Source: Tubulanus polymorphus
Lineage: Eukaryota > Animalia > Nemertea
Reading direction: 5' to 3'
DNA: 64,000 bases
Assembly (NCBI RefSeq): GCF_964204645.1
Contig: NC_134030.1
Span: 3,328,778-3,392,777, forward strand
In this document: positions 35,201-50,200 of the stretch, piece after piece
How positions within the stretch are numbered: position 1 is the first letter of the stretch
Layout: the number at the start of each line of letters is the position of its first letter
The notes under the pieces: generated by a model
Told to the model about the DNA's origin: nothing
The model's database searches: none
The model's input: the letters and a program-made list of their open reading frames with translations, nothing else
Position numbers and translations under genes: made by a program

Positions 35201-38200
35201 ATCATTTTCAAATGTTGAAAAGAGAACAAACAAACATGCAATGTGTAAATATGAATTGAGTCTATAAAAGCGTCGATGATACGTATACAGTTTTATAGAT
35301 GATTGCCGTACACTGTGTGTGTTTTTTCATGCAGTATTTGAGATCATTTCAAAAAGTTTCATGATATAAAAATATCCCGATTGGGTGAAAAGAGGCCTCA
35401 TTTCACAAAACAGGTCAAACAATGTTTTTTCATTATTGGCTACTTTCGATAAGCAAAAGAATCCCAAACTGAATTTTTTTGTGAAACTGGACTCTGGGTC
35501 TGGTTTCATTTTCGATTTTTCATATAGAGCTTAAACATAGCAGGCTTCATGTGTTTTATTCAGCTATCTGGCTAACTCCATATTTCTAATAAGCTCAACA
35601 ATGAATTTATTCATAAAACCAGGCCTCAATTCATTCTTAATTTTTTGAATATACATAATACATTCTGACATATCATAAAAACATTCATTGTATATAATAG
35701 ATGTGAGATATTCTGAAATACAACAAGTTTTTACAAAATATCCCCAATTCTGAAAAAATTAAGTCAAGACACACATTGAAAGCTTTAAACGAATGGATGA
35801 AATTTTCTAATTTTTCTTATTTAGTCTTTCAGCGGAAAACATATATATCTGATGAAGCGACTAGGACTAGGTTTATCGATAGCCACAGGTCCGTCTTAGA
35901 GGAAGCAATGCAGTCCTTCAATATTGGTTTGTGAAACATTGTTCTGAGTTTGCTGCAGATGCTGTAGTTTTTACTAAATGATTAGCCCTTTTTTGAAATA
36001 AGAATCGTCCTTGAAAACAGCTGGTAATGGGCTCAAATACGAACCTCTTGTATTTACGACTGATTAATGAATGGATCATTTGACAATCAGTCACTATATC
36101 TGCCTGGTCAACATGTGACTGGTGATCGACAGCAAATGACAGGTCACCACGCTGACGAGGGCCTGTGGCTATGGGCCTGTAACATTAACCTAATACTAGA
36201 TTTCTGAGCCTTGTTTCATAGTGAATCCAATGGACCATTTTAAAAGGTGTCTCGGTTAGAGCCATCAAAATATACGTAGATCTAAGATTGCTGTCGTTGA
36301 AAACGAATCTTCATTAGTTTTTGTTCACAATGAAAAAACACTTTCACCAAGAAATCAAAAACCTCAATCTACGATCAGTTTGTATATCATAGATAGATAC
36401 GATAGTTCAAACAATCATCGCTATATTCTGAAGAGAAGCTACTCAGCCAACAGATAATATATATATAACACGATCTATAATTATCAGTTCAGTTTGAAAA
36501 CTGAGTTAAAATTCGTACGTTTCCAATGCTTAAACTACAGATACGTAAAGAATCGCGCGATAATAACGAAAAATAATATAAAGTCCGAAAATGTTTCCTT
36601 AACCCTTTCAGTGCTGACTAATTAATACCCTATAGTGCTGGAGAAAATTTGAAAATTCTAAAAAATTCCACCCTAGTGTGTTGAACAATGGGAATACCAC
36701 TATAGTGCGTCTACACCGCAGTGCGGTGTATCATTAGTTACTAGTATTTCACTATGTTTGACACTTTCTGCCATTTTTCAATAGAGATAATTACAAATTA
36801 CTAATTACATCAATACACCGCAGTGCAGTGTGCTAGCAAAATCCATCACTGATTTATACACCGCACTGCGGTGTAGACGCACTGAGAGGGGTTAACCAAA
36901 TAGTTTATTCAGTATTCCTGAAATGACTATTAGAATAAAGTCGAAATACCAAATAAACTTCTAGCTCAAGGAAACATTTTCAGACTAAGTATTAGGCCAA
37001 AAAAAATTGATACCTTGTTTCTCCGCTCTGCTGAGCTTGAACGTTGACCCGGCCAGCCGCCTATCTACCCTATACATTACTTTTTTTTAAATCGTGATCA
37101 ATTTCACCATAACAGACCCGGCCGCTATGGAAATGAACTGTTTATGAATTTAATCATATTTTACAAAAATGACCCGGCCGCTGCGGAGAAACAAAGTATC
37201 ATTTTTGCTTAGCCTTATTTGTTGTTATTATCGTCATATTATCGTCACAACACGGATCTAGTGTTTTATCAATGGTTATTTAACTCAAACTAAGTCAAAC
37301 TCTAACTGAGAACTTTAGAACCGAAAACCTGAAAATCCACGGAACTTTTTCTACTTAAATTCAGCTATTTCTGAGGCAAACTATACAATAGTAGATCTGA
37401 AAGCGCGGCTGAGACAGAGAAATAGGAGGGACGTGTATGTGCTTGTATAAACATCGAAGACCGGTGGGTTTGAAACATTCCGGTCACCTGTGAATGACGT
37501 TGAGTAGTTTTCGCCGCTGTCGACAGATTGATGACGCTACGTCGCGGTTTCGTAGGTTTTTCCGCAAGAAGACGCTTCTATTTTTTCGGTAGGATTAAAG
37601 AACGAAAATAAAATATAAAATAGACACGGAGAAAAAGTAACCTTAAGAAAGCGGATTCGAAACTAAATTTACGAAAGCTTTTTATCTACGGATGAAAAAA
37701 CAAATCCGGCCCAACCAGGCAGGCGTGGTACATAGGACTGAAATAAAAACGGTAAGGTAGAAAAAACAGAAATATAGATAGTATTTCTATGAAACCATGC
37801 CCAAAAACTTGATACATTTAAACATTATAAGCGTTTTAAGGAACAAAATTTTCATCGCAGCAGCCAAACATTATTTAACTACAAAATAACTCGGTTTAAA
37901 CTTGACTTGACTCAGAGCTCAGCTAGAATCAAGTATGAAAATCTCTAGAAATGATTCGAAGAAGTAACTTCATGGATCTGCAGGTATTGTACTTCATGAA
38001 TGACTACTGAAGAACTTTCTTTACTATAGAGCCATAAATCACTCACTTGACTCATGGACCTATAAGTCCATGCTTGACTGTAATAATGTTTGACTGGGGC
38101 AACGATCAAATCTACACTATGAAATATCTATATTGTACAATGCGATGAAATAGAAAGACTGCTGCGATCTACGTCATCGCACTCGGCTGAGAGAAGAATG

Positions 38201-41200
38201 ATAAATCTCTAAATGGACGACACAATAGTTAAATAGTATAAGCAGCAGCATTCAGGATTCGTTTGACTGTGGCAGCTTTCACCTCATATATAATTTACCT
38301 GAATTATGTGGCCTCGAACGTCTTGTATTGGAACTGAATATGATATCGGCTATAGCAGTAATATATATGATTATTGTTATCATTGATTAATTCAGATTAG
38401 AATACAAGAAATAGAGAGGAAGAGAGAGAAGAAGAGAGAGAGGAAGAGGGGGCGCAATCGAAATAGCTTTAAATCTCATGAAAAGCTTTGAACATTCTGA
38501 GTAAAACGTTGCAAGTTGAAGCTTCTTAGAACATTCGTTATTCATATTGACTGAGTTCGTATTTCATTATGCAAAGTAGTGGAGGTTTATGGGTGAATTT
38601 TTGAAAACATTGGCAAAAAGACGAACAATGCAGAGAGAATCTTCGAACTAAGACTGTGCCACTGGACCCTGGGGTCAGTTGCGCACTCATGGCTTAGATC
38701 TAGTCTTAGTTCTATAAACAATCTTAAGATCTAAGACTAATATCGGACTTACATCACTGTACAACTGGGCCCAGTATTTTAGCATCTTTACATGTAGGTA
38801 ATGACAGTAGAAATGCATTCATAATATGTATTTGAAGAGAAGATATATTTTCAGACATTCTATGAATGATACGTTGGGCTGCATGTTCTAGTTACCTTTA
38901 TTCTCGAATTGTACTGAAGAAATAAACCAAATTTAAAAAAAAAAAAACTAAAACGAAAAAAAACATCGTTCGCAAACTGGTGTCGGTATTTTTTTCGATT
39001 GAACGATTAAATTAAAATCTCGAAAACAAAAATAACGGTTATAAAAAGTTTGAACGAAACAACGAAATAGAAAACGGGAACATTTTGTAAGGAATTACTC
39101 GTAATACGTACAATTAGATATTTACGTGAAATAACTCCTCGATTCTAATTAAAATATTACCATAAAAAAACTGTTAGAGAAAATAGCACGATCCAGTTAC
39201 ATCAGCTCAGTTCGACTATATAAAGTTAGGGCCTTTCTTTGATCGCTTATTTTTTAGTCTTCCTTCGAGTTTTCATCTCAATTTTTCAATAGCAAATTTT
39301 TTTTGTTATGTCCGTTTTGATTTTCAATTTAGCAACTTGTAAAGTTGTGTTCATCTAAAATCTCGTGGTTTGCAAAAAAAGTTTTTTTTTCCCATTTTTC
39401 CCCATCATAAGAATCAAATTACTACAATTTTCACTCCTATTTTTATTCTTTTTTCTGCAGTCCGTCAGAGGGTTTTATGCAGAAAATACTAAAAATAATA
39501 ATAAAATGATTATTATTTTCTTATTCTGTTCCCTTTTAAAATGCCTATTATAAATTTTTTTTTCAATTTCAATTTTTCTCTCTTCGCCCTCCCATTTCCC
39601 TTAGATTTTAAAATGCCTATTATAAATCTTTTTTAAATTTCAATTTTTTTCTCTTCCCCCTCCCATTTCTATCCGTCATACTCCAAGTGATTAGAAAAAA
39701 AGCCTAAGAGTATTTCATTTCCAATATTCTAGGCCATAACTCAAATCAGAGCTGTGGAACTGGATCCGGCATTTCAGATTGCATTGTGTGAGAGAATGAG
39801 AAGTGAGTGTGGCACCAAATTCATTATAAATATCAAACCCTGATTCCAACATGCCGATAAACAAGAGTTGCCAACTCTATACTACGAGAGAACAATCCCT
39901 CTGGATCCGGACCGGATAATGAGAGGAAATCAGTCTTTTCCAGACAATTCCATTTCATGATTTATAATAAAGCTGTTTAAAAACATTCAAAGAAAACTAG
40001 AAGAGAAAATTATTATGGACGATGCAGAGAATAGAGAACTGTTTCCAGATCTTGAATATATAATATATATATATATATGTATCTATGGAAGCTAGATTGA
40101 TAATACGGCGCTGTCCCTGGCAAGCTGGGATGGTTGGCAACTCTGAATGATAAGTTAAAATACATGCAGTCGACAGTATTTATTCGTTTATTGATCTCAA
40201 TAGTGTATTTATTATTATTGATTCATGTGCAGTCAGACAATTACCATACGATTGGGTATGCAAGCTCGAAAAGACAATCTCTGCAAAAAATTCAATCAAT
40301 TCAAATATTGATGATGACTTGCTCGACCGACCCACCGTCCATCTCTGTCACCGTTATCATTCTTAAGTTTTATTCATCATCGCGAAATATCGAAATCAAA
40401 CTCAGGGAATTTAGACATAAACCAAAAAATTAATCATTCTAGTGTTTATTTTTCTTATTCAGTGCTTTGATGCGATTATGAAAGTGAAAATCAGTACGAT
40501 TTATAACGACGAATCAAAGAATATCTAATAATCATAATCTAAAGAAACCGGTGTCAACTAGAAGCAAATCATTTCTACGATAAATCAGTGTGTTAATTAG
40601 AGCGAGCCGTTGATTAATTAAATTTCACTACATACTCACCGGTAAAGATTTAGCGTTGTCTAATTTCACCATGAGAATAGCGGCGGAAAGTTGATGATGT
40701 TGAGTTTCGACACCGGTCTGACGAATATTAAACAACGTCTAAAAAACAATCAGAAAAATACGCTTTTAATTCATTTCATCAATTCAGATAGTTTCAGACG
40801 CAGACAGTGAAATCAATTAGAATTCATACAATGAATAGTTAAACTATGTGAATTACGTACATGAAATATCACCAATATTACGAGAGAAATCCCACAATAA
40901 CGAAGCCAAGATTGAAAAATTTTATATCGGAATGATTATATTTGAGGAGCGACGTTTCGGGTAACAACTGTTAGCCATCATCAGGCGTACTCAAATACAA
41001 TCATTCTGATATAGAATTTTTCAATCTTGGCTTCGTTATTGTGGGATTTCTCTCGTCATCATCATACACGGATATTGTGTATCTTCTCGTCTAATGACCA
41101 ATATTCACTCTATTTCACTTCGATTTGTTACTTACTTCAATTTGAAATATCAAAACTCATAAAATTAATACCGCTATTCATGAATATAGATTACGGAGAG

Positions 41201-44200
41201 GTGGTTGAGGGTAAAGCAGATTGTGAACACGTGTTCTTGTGATTTATGGAGCTGAATTAAAACTCAGTATATCGATAGCTGATTTAGTTAAGCTGAAAAC
41301 TAAATGAAATGAATGAATATTTGAAACGTCCAAATACAGTAACCCTCACCTAACTCAGACGAAACTAAATTCTTTTCTGATTCTGTCTTTTTTTCCAATC
41401 CTTAACTTGGAATATTCTTACCTCCACCAATTTTCATGGTGTGCCTGAATTAGGTGAGGTTTACTGTATGATCCACCATAAATTGATCTGATTTGATTTG
41501 AACATCCAATTATTTGAATACAGTTCTTCATTTGTGAGTAGTTGAAACTAGAATATAACGAACTACGTATTGAAAATGAACTGATTTTGACTCCAGGGAA
41601 AAGTTGAACTCACAAATGTGAAGCTGAATTGATCGTTACAATATTGCAGATTACTAAAATCTTAAGTGTTTTAAAAATTCTTCATATGATTTCATATTAC
41701 ACCTCTGGATATACCGGGTAGGTACCCGAATCTGGTACCGGGTAGGTGCCCTGACCTGGAACCGTGTAGGTACCCCGAACTGGAATCAAATAACTTTTGA
41801 ATCATTAATACGAAAAAAGCAACAAAATTTTCAACAATGAATTGAACAGCCACGGATGATTCTGCGCTTTACGGCAAAAATTATATAACTTTGATTTTGA
41901 GTTAGGCGACAAAATATTCAAGATAAAAAAAAAACGATGAACATTGTAATTAATAATGAACGAGGGAATCCGGGGGTTTGGAGTAAACACCGCTTCAAAC
42001 TTACCACAAATAACAGCAGAGAGTTATTGAATACAACATGCACGCGAGCGTACGTTTCAATAAATATGAAAAATAACAATATTTTCATAGAAATATCAAA
42101 AAGAAATATCTTTAAAAACACGGTCAAGATGGACATTAATGTCACTTACAATTCATCCATCAATCTTACAATTAATTACCACTGTAGTCCACTGTGGCAA
42201 TTGAGGATTCTACAATTCATGATTTTCTCAAATTCAAGAAATGACAGTACCGTATCTGAACCATTAAGAACCTTGAGAGTTTGATTTGTTTAATACTTCA
42301 CATGGGAGGTTCCAAATCTAGATGAAAGTTGATTAAAATTATCTAAATTTAGATTGACTACTGTGTCCTACTGTAAGGCACGCCATCTAGTGGCCTAGCT
42401 GTTGCAGCGCGGGCTCCTTATCTAAATGCAGGATGAAATGATGAATGATACAACTATAGTTATTAGTAGTAAGGTAACTATGCAGTAATGCAGCACAGTG
42501 CGGTCTAGAGAGAGAGCACTTTAGCTTGAATTCACGCAATATTGTTATAGAACTATGTTATGTGCTAGAGCCCAATAATTGCATCGATCCCTTTTACCTT
42601 CTGTGCTCCCTTAACTGAAATCTAATATGGAATCGAAAAAAATAAAACCAATAAACTAGGGGTCCGGGGACACCATGCCCACCTGGTGCACCATGCTTGA
42701 CAACTGACAGTTTCAATATTCAACGCCCCAGACAAACTATTCAGAACGCACAGTTTTCAAAATTCAGGCAAAAAATGACCTTTTTGGGGCTTGGATCTTG
42801 TTACATGTATCCGATTGACCCAATTTTTCTTACGGTGATGGCCCCTGGGAGATACATATGCATATGAAACATCAAGATAGTTGATCAAAGCATTTTCAAA
42901 ATTTCCCTCGAAAACTTCAAAAATGTATAAAAATTGCTAATTTTGGCGAACAACAATGGCTGCCAGTCGGCCATTTTGATTCTGATCAGGCCAATTTTTG
43001 GGTTGAAGGTGTATCTTGGGTAGATACATGTATAAAGCAAATATGAAGAGAAATCCAGAGAAGCATCTTCAAAACTTCCCAAAATAACTGGACTCCATCT
43101 ACGGACCGAAGGATGGGCGGATGACAGGCGAAAAGTAAACACAACAGCCTGTTGGGACTAAATTTCCAAATGGGCTAAAAAGGGCATCGATTCCTCAAAA
43201 TACTGAAAAGCAAAATATGAATAACGTAAACCTCTAATATATGATATGTATATATACATATATACAGGTAGATAGCAGGTCTGCCAACATTGAAATCCAC
43301 TTAACTACATCATTGAGTATTAGATAGAGACCAGCTAAAGTGTGGGTTTGATCTGAATTCATATTTCAAATATGGATTTCTCTTAAACCCGATGACTTTC
43401 ATCGATACCGAAGGCAACATCCGTCTCTCGTTACTTCAACTAACATTTCGTTTTAAATAGAAAATCATTAGGCAGACCTGTTGATAAAATGAATTCTGAC
43501 ACCCCCCATCTAGTAACCATTGTAGTGTTCCATGCAGCCAATAGAGCTGGTTGCTGTATATAAAATCACCAGCTCTCGTGGTGTGTTTGTTTGTGTGTTA
43601 CATACTGAACGAAGAGCCATTGAAACTGAATTGCTGCTTGCAGGTGATTTTTTCTTGTTGATCTGTTCGAGTTTGTTGAGGAACTGATTATATTTTGTGA
43701 TATGCTGCAAGTTAATTTTAACCGTCAGAACATGAATTTAACATCTACTAAACACTTTAAATATCATATTCAGTTTAAAATCCTAATCCTAACATTCAAA
43801 TCCCTCAGTGGTCTTACACCAAAGTATATACAGTTACTTGTACGATACAAATCATTTACTGGAATTTAAGATCCCAGCTAGTTGACTCCCGTGTCTATCC
43901 AGTCTCAGTCGGGTATAGAGCCTTCTCGCACTCGACCCCAGTACCCATTAACACTTAAAGAGTATAAGACCACTGATCATTACAAATATGAATAAGACAG
44001 AAAAACTACATGAAATACATACATCATCAAGTTGCGAAACATCGGGACTCAAGTGTAACCACGTTAACTGAAGACGAACGCTGCCTGATTTCACTTCTTC
44101 CAGATACAGCCACTAGACACATAAAATAATACAGCATGTTAGACACGTCAGAATTTACAGAGTAGAATGTAGCATTCACTGAGATAGGCTCGGAAATTCA

Positions 44201-47200
44201 CACTGTAAGCAGCAGGACTCGGCACTGACATCGTTATTGCGATGGAATGTGACCAAATCGGATAATGGATACTTTATCACATCCAAAAACAGACATGCTA
44301 ATCGTCACTTTTCTAGCGATTAAAATTCGTAAACCTTAAGCTAATTGAGACGTTTCAAAGTTTTACGGCTCCAGGTATTTTCATTATAAATAATAATTCT
44401 ATACTTACAGTGCTCATTTTACCTTTATCAGCAACAGCTTCAATATCAACAGTACCCCTGAAACATACGTTTACACATAAACATTGAATAACTAATAACA
44501 GGCTGTACTGATCGTGATGACGATATTCAGATGTTTACCTGCCCAAGAAATCATCCTTATTTCCGGGATCTTCGTCGAAAACTTCCAATTCCAACATTTG
44601 TCCGCTTCGCTGGTCGACGATGGCCTAAAACAACAAACGCTGAAACTACAGTTCATGAAAGTTGAATTCATAAATTTCGCTTATCCACACAAAAAATATA
44701 CAAACCATACCTCAAAATATTCCTCCCAAACTGGATCTAGAGAATTGTTGACCGTTTTAGTCTTGAAAGTTTGGGCTCCAACTGTCGAATGAAACATAGA
44801 TAAATAGAGATAAAAACGTAGGTAAATAGTAATAAATTCAACCCGTGACTCGTACGGAGACAAGGCGTTTAGTTAGAACTCGTACCGTGTAAAACTACGT
44901 AAGGATCAGATTTTCCTTTACCGACCAACGCGATATCAGCTTTTATCAAGTCCTTCGCTTTATCAACATTTATACGTAAAACTCCCTGAAAATATCGGTT
45001 AAAGACACTGAAGTTAAAACAGGATTTAAACAGTGACAGGATTTCAACAGTGAGCTCCCTCCCTGTATGACAAACAGATCTGTGACAAATGACACAATCA
45101 ACAAATCAGAAGAGACTGCTCCCTGAAAAACAGAGCTTCAGAAGAATGACTGAGCTACTTTTCAAATTCCCTCGACTTCAAAGAAGAGTCAGTATTCCCT
45201 GAATTTCCTGGGAGGGAAAAATAAATCTGGATTTCCGTGGAACTGTAAGAAGCCTGGTACGCGAAATAATGATTGGCATCAGGTCGAATTGAGACAGGAG
45301 TTATAGAGATGTACGGACAGATGCACGTCGTACCTGCGGTTGAGGGTGCTGCAGTCTGCTTAAATCGATGTTATCACAAAGAGAAACCGGTATCGAGTTT
45401 GGAAGAACGAGGAAATTAGCGATCTGTTCACAGATGACACCTCTGAGAATATCGCTGAGTCCGGGAACGTCTAACGCATCGGCTAGATTCGTCAGATTGA
45501 AATTAACATACTGAAATATATACATAAATCATTACTAATTAGGCTATTTACAATTCAACAACTGATTTCTGAGCACTATCATGTTCAGGGTTGGGTCCGA
45601 AGTATTGATTAACAGTAATAGATGTTGAGAAGAGCGATATTTCTTATTCCCTCGATGTAGGAATGAGAGGGTTTGGGGTTGTGACATATCTGATGCATGA
45701 TGAGGGATTTGGGCTTCAATGATTAGTGGATCAATGAGTTGAAAATGCTTTATCTCGGTAGTTTTGAAGGGCACAAGATAATCTGTAGCATTGCCCGATA
45801 ATAAAGTCAGTCCGATCCGACATTGACGTTCTTGTGCTAAAACACTAAACTTCCCTCCGCCTGGGAACTATCGGGACACCCGGTCGCATGCGGACTGAAA
45901 TGGCTGATGTACTCACGGGATTTGTTAAAAAGAAAACACGAAGTCCACCGATCAGAGGAGATACCGGAATCAATGGTTTAAATTCCACTCGTAATTTACC
46001 ACGAATCTGAAATTAGAAATAATTCCGATCAATCATAGAAAGAACGAGCATCGTACGACTAGTAACATCTGGTCACGTGAGATTAATCCATGACCCGTAA
46101 CGTATTTACATCTACGATGATAAAACCCACTATAGGTATACAAAATTTTTTAAGAGACACAACGTTTAGGAATGTCTCTAGAGCCCATCGTCAAAATAAA
46201 CTCAAATAAACTCTGAAGATGGGTGGAAGGATTCTGCTCGAAGCATAAGAATATCATGGGTCTATAAAAGATATGTCCCTAAACAGAATACGAAACGTTG
46301 TGTCTTTTGATTTCAATTTTTGATAAATAAAATTTTTTATATTTTTCAAAAATTTTGTATATAGGCCTCGACTTATTATCTATTCTCCATGTCAGAGTGT
46401 ACTCTACGCTCTAAGACGATATTTACCTGAATGTCCTTAATTCCTGCCTGTAAACCTCGAATAGATACCTTTATATCTGCATCACTCATGTATCTGAAAT
46501 AATCGATATCATCTTTTATTCCTCTGGCTGCTGCCAATTGAGAGAACGAGTCAGTTTTCTTCAACAGTTTCCTCGTCGGTCTCTAGAGCTGACATACGTA
46601 AGTAGAAAACCGAGTCCGAGCGTAAACTTACATTAAATCAACATCGAGAATTATTTCATCACGTTTCACGTTGTCAATAAAACATTTCACTCCTCCAATA
46701 CGAGGTGGCTGCAAATATATCATCACAAACAATTATTTCATACTGGAAATCTAAAATTGATCAGGGTGGCCATTTCTATTGATTGGACTTATCACTTTTC
46801 CCCTGACTTTTCCCTGACAATGAACGTTGTTTTCCCTGACTTAATCAGCTAAGAATCCAATCAATTAACACAGTCAAATATGAAAGACATAGACGGAAAC
46901 TGTTTGATTTTAAAACAAATTTCCCTGATTTTCAGGTTTTTATAAAATTCCCTGATTTTCTCAAGGCCACCCTGTTCGATCTAGCGATAAAACATTGGAA
47001 AAGTAGGGGCTGCTTAACTTCACCAAGAACTGTGGAATTGGGCCCTGGAATATTCGTATCTTACATTCGATCGAACTGGATCATGTAGACTGTATTCAAT
47101 TCAACCGTGCTTAATTACAATTCGTTTATTTTACTTTTAACAATTGAATATTGATGTAAACTGTAGGGTTTATAATGATTGAAATATAAGCCGAGCACCA

Positions 47201-50200
47201 GCTGTGTTTCACAATACAACACATATTGCTTCCTAATGAGGAGAGGATTTATAAACACGGGTGAAATTACTATCGAGTCTGATAAGTACAATGGATGCCG
47301 GGGTACCAGCTGAGGGGTGCAGGATCCAGGCTGAGGGGTGTAGGATCCAGGCTGAGGGGTATAGGATCCGGGTTAAGGGGTGCAGGGTACCCGCTGAAGG
47401 GTGCAGGATCCTGGCTGAGGGGTCTAGGGTCCTGGCTACGCTTTGACATTGCTTTTATAAAGAATTAATGATGAGTTTCAGTAATTACTCATGGGACTGA
47501 ACAAAAATCAAGCACTTGTTTACTGATATAAAACTATCATTATCATATACGGACAACGTTTCAATTACTCAGTTATCGGTCGTGTTCTAGATAAAATCAT
47601 TGTTAACACATTCAGATAAGAGCACCAGCTACCTTAACATTTTTCCTAGTTCTATGTATTCTGGATTTTTACCCGTTATTGATTAAAATAATAGGCCTTG
47701 CAGCCGAACGACAGGAACTAAACTGTACTATTGAACCAGGCAAAATTTATACCTCGCTTTAAAAACGGCTTAAACGCTATCATCTGTTTATTTCACTAAT
47801 GTATTATTTGTATATATCCTTAAATATATGAGTTTACGCGGGTTTGGTGTACGGGATCAGTTGTTGACAGATGGCACCAGAATGTGAATTTTCAGAACCG
47901 GATCCAGGGTAGAGATTAGAGAATCCCGCACTACTAAAGATGAAGTCTGAAAAGTTTCCTCTATTAAGCTATTGATTCAACACTTTGACTATAACATATT
48001 AGTCCTCTTTAGGAATCACTAGACAGTATTTTTTACCCCCATGAGAGCAGAAATAGTTCTTGAAAGAATCTCTGTCCTTGACAAGGAGAGTACCAGAGAC
48101 TCAATACAATGATACATGGGAGAGGCCTGCCACTGATATTTTCAATGTCTAAGTCATATTTGTTGTATTAAGAGGGTCTTCGGATTTACTGATTAACTGT
48201 GGATTGAATTGAAAATCGAGTTCTGTAATTACCACAAAAATAGTCTGGATCCAGCACATCATATCTCGAACAGAACTGATGAAAGTCTACAAATTTGATG
48301 AAATTTTTAATGCATTTACTTACGATGTCACCCAGATCGATTTTGGAAAACTTGAATGATTTCAGATATCCGGGCATACTTTCTACAATCTTAGGTTCGA
48401 CAGTTTTAATCAATATCTCGGTGGTCATTTCTCCGATATACGGCCACATCTTAGAAATCATCTACAACAAAATAACATAACATAATCAACATTCAATCCT
48501 TTGATACTACACTTTACAAGACTGATTCAGTTCCAAGGAAAAGTTGAATGGTTGTCCTCATTAATAGCACAACCCACAGCAACTACTGGAAACCACAATT
48601 TGAGTTGAGCTAGTTCATGAAACTGGAACTATACCCAGACGGAGGCAGATCCAGGATTTTTTTCGAAAGGGGGGTGCTCTGCTGGTTATTCAGATGCTAC
48701 GAGCACAGAAGGGTAAAAGCAATGTATACGTGTTTTAGGAGAACTCCTATGGATCCATGCCTGTCAAAGCTTAGTGGCACAGTTAGGCCTAGGAAGTGGA
48801 AGAATGGTCCCACTTAGTTAGATTATTTACCTTGTTAACCCATTCTGCTCGTTCAATATCAGGAAAATAAACCTATAAAAAAAGTAACAATTCCATTTAT
48901 TCATCTTGAGAACAGACTGAATACCACAGACACAGACCAAGAGGAAAGACCCAAATGCTGTTTATTTTATAGAGAAAATATTATCTTATATTGGCATTAC
49001 ATTATATGGACCAATGAATGATTAAGTCTGGATTTTGGTAATTGGCAACTCAGTTCATTCATATTTTGTTAAATCATTTGTAAGGAATGGTTTTATTTGG
49101 ATATTTTCTTGGAAGAAAAAAATGTATGTCGTTTAGACTGGAATAACAAAGACTGGCCTTGAAAATTCCCGGTGCTAGGCCAATTTACAACTGTTGTATT
49201 CATTGGATGATATATGGTATTGTTAGTGAACAGCCTAGAGACATTCTACAGCCAGTTGCCACACCTGACTGGTCAGGTCACCAGAACTAAATTGGTCGCA
49301 CCGCATTGAACACCGGTCTCATACAAGGCAAACTTTCGAACTCATCAGTTATCAGAGCTCTTTGATTTAGTGTTTAGGGTAGAGGCATAGAATTCTTTTT
49401 TAACTCACAATTTTATATAGGTCCCTAGGTAGACATATCATATTGAATTATATTTAATACCTTTGCATATCCAAATAGCATTTCTTTAATACTTTTCAGT
49501 TTTAATACAGTGGCGTTGGAAGTGAGCGACAACAGCAGCGAAAGCCGAAGCAATAATTTACTGAATTGCATTTTTTTCCGTTGAATATCATGTTTTTGAC
49601 GAAATTGAAATATATTCGCCGTGGCTATATATAAGGACTTGTCAAAAATCTGCGATCTAAAAATTGCACCTATCTGAAGGTTATGGTTGTGTTAGGGGTA
49701 CGAATTTATAAACTAGTAGTATGTTTATTGGACCATGTTTACCTTAATGTCAATGTTTTACCCAAAAATCTGTTTCTAACAAATTAATCTTATTTTCATG
49801 AATACAATAATTAGGTATAAGTGCTGATCCGCACCTCTCCGCGTAAACGGTTCAATCAATTACATTAGATATCATTGTTTCAGATTCAAAATTCAGCAAT
49901 TCAGTACATTGCCATTGGTTAATTCTACGATATCTTCACTAGAAAGATTTTAGCCTGGATTCTGTCTTCAGCAGATTGCGTCAATCACGAGAGGTGCGGA
50001 TCTGCACTTTTACCCAATAATGATGATGATGATGATGATGATGAAGATAATAATGACGGCAATGACATACCCAGGATGGTAAATCCTCGACCCGAGCGAG
50101 AATCGATTTTTTCTCATCACGAGCGAGTTCATGCGCGATCTCAATCTGTAACTGACGCTTACGTTTATACCTCTCGTTGAAAATATAAACGAACAATCCT

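Noticed and set aside
36075-36185. Hairpin resembling a pre-miRNA, and an adjacent CTGACGA-stem-GTAAC motif
   Set aside because: No recognisable miRNA; the hammerhead lacks GAAA and stem I.
37014-37064. 51-nt in-frame candidate ESYT exon
   Set aside because: It lies inside a MITE end and has a purine-rich acceptor.
38299-38333. 35-nt segment with good AG/GT signals
   Set aside because: Not a multiple of 3 and contains a stop in phase 0; it could only be a poison exon, with no further support.
47261-47446. Repetitive ORF (AEGCRIQ)n
   Set aside because: Translation of an intronic 21-bp minisatellite.
49981-50070. Poly-His tail on the ESYT first ORF
   Set aside because: Intronic (CAT)n microsatellite read past the donor at 50070.
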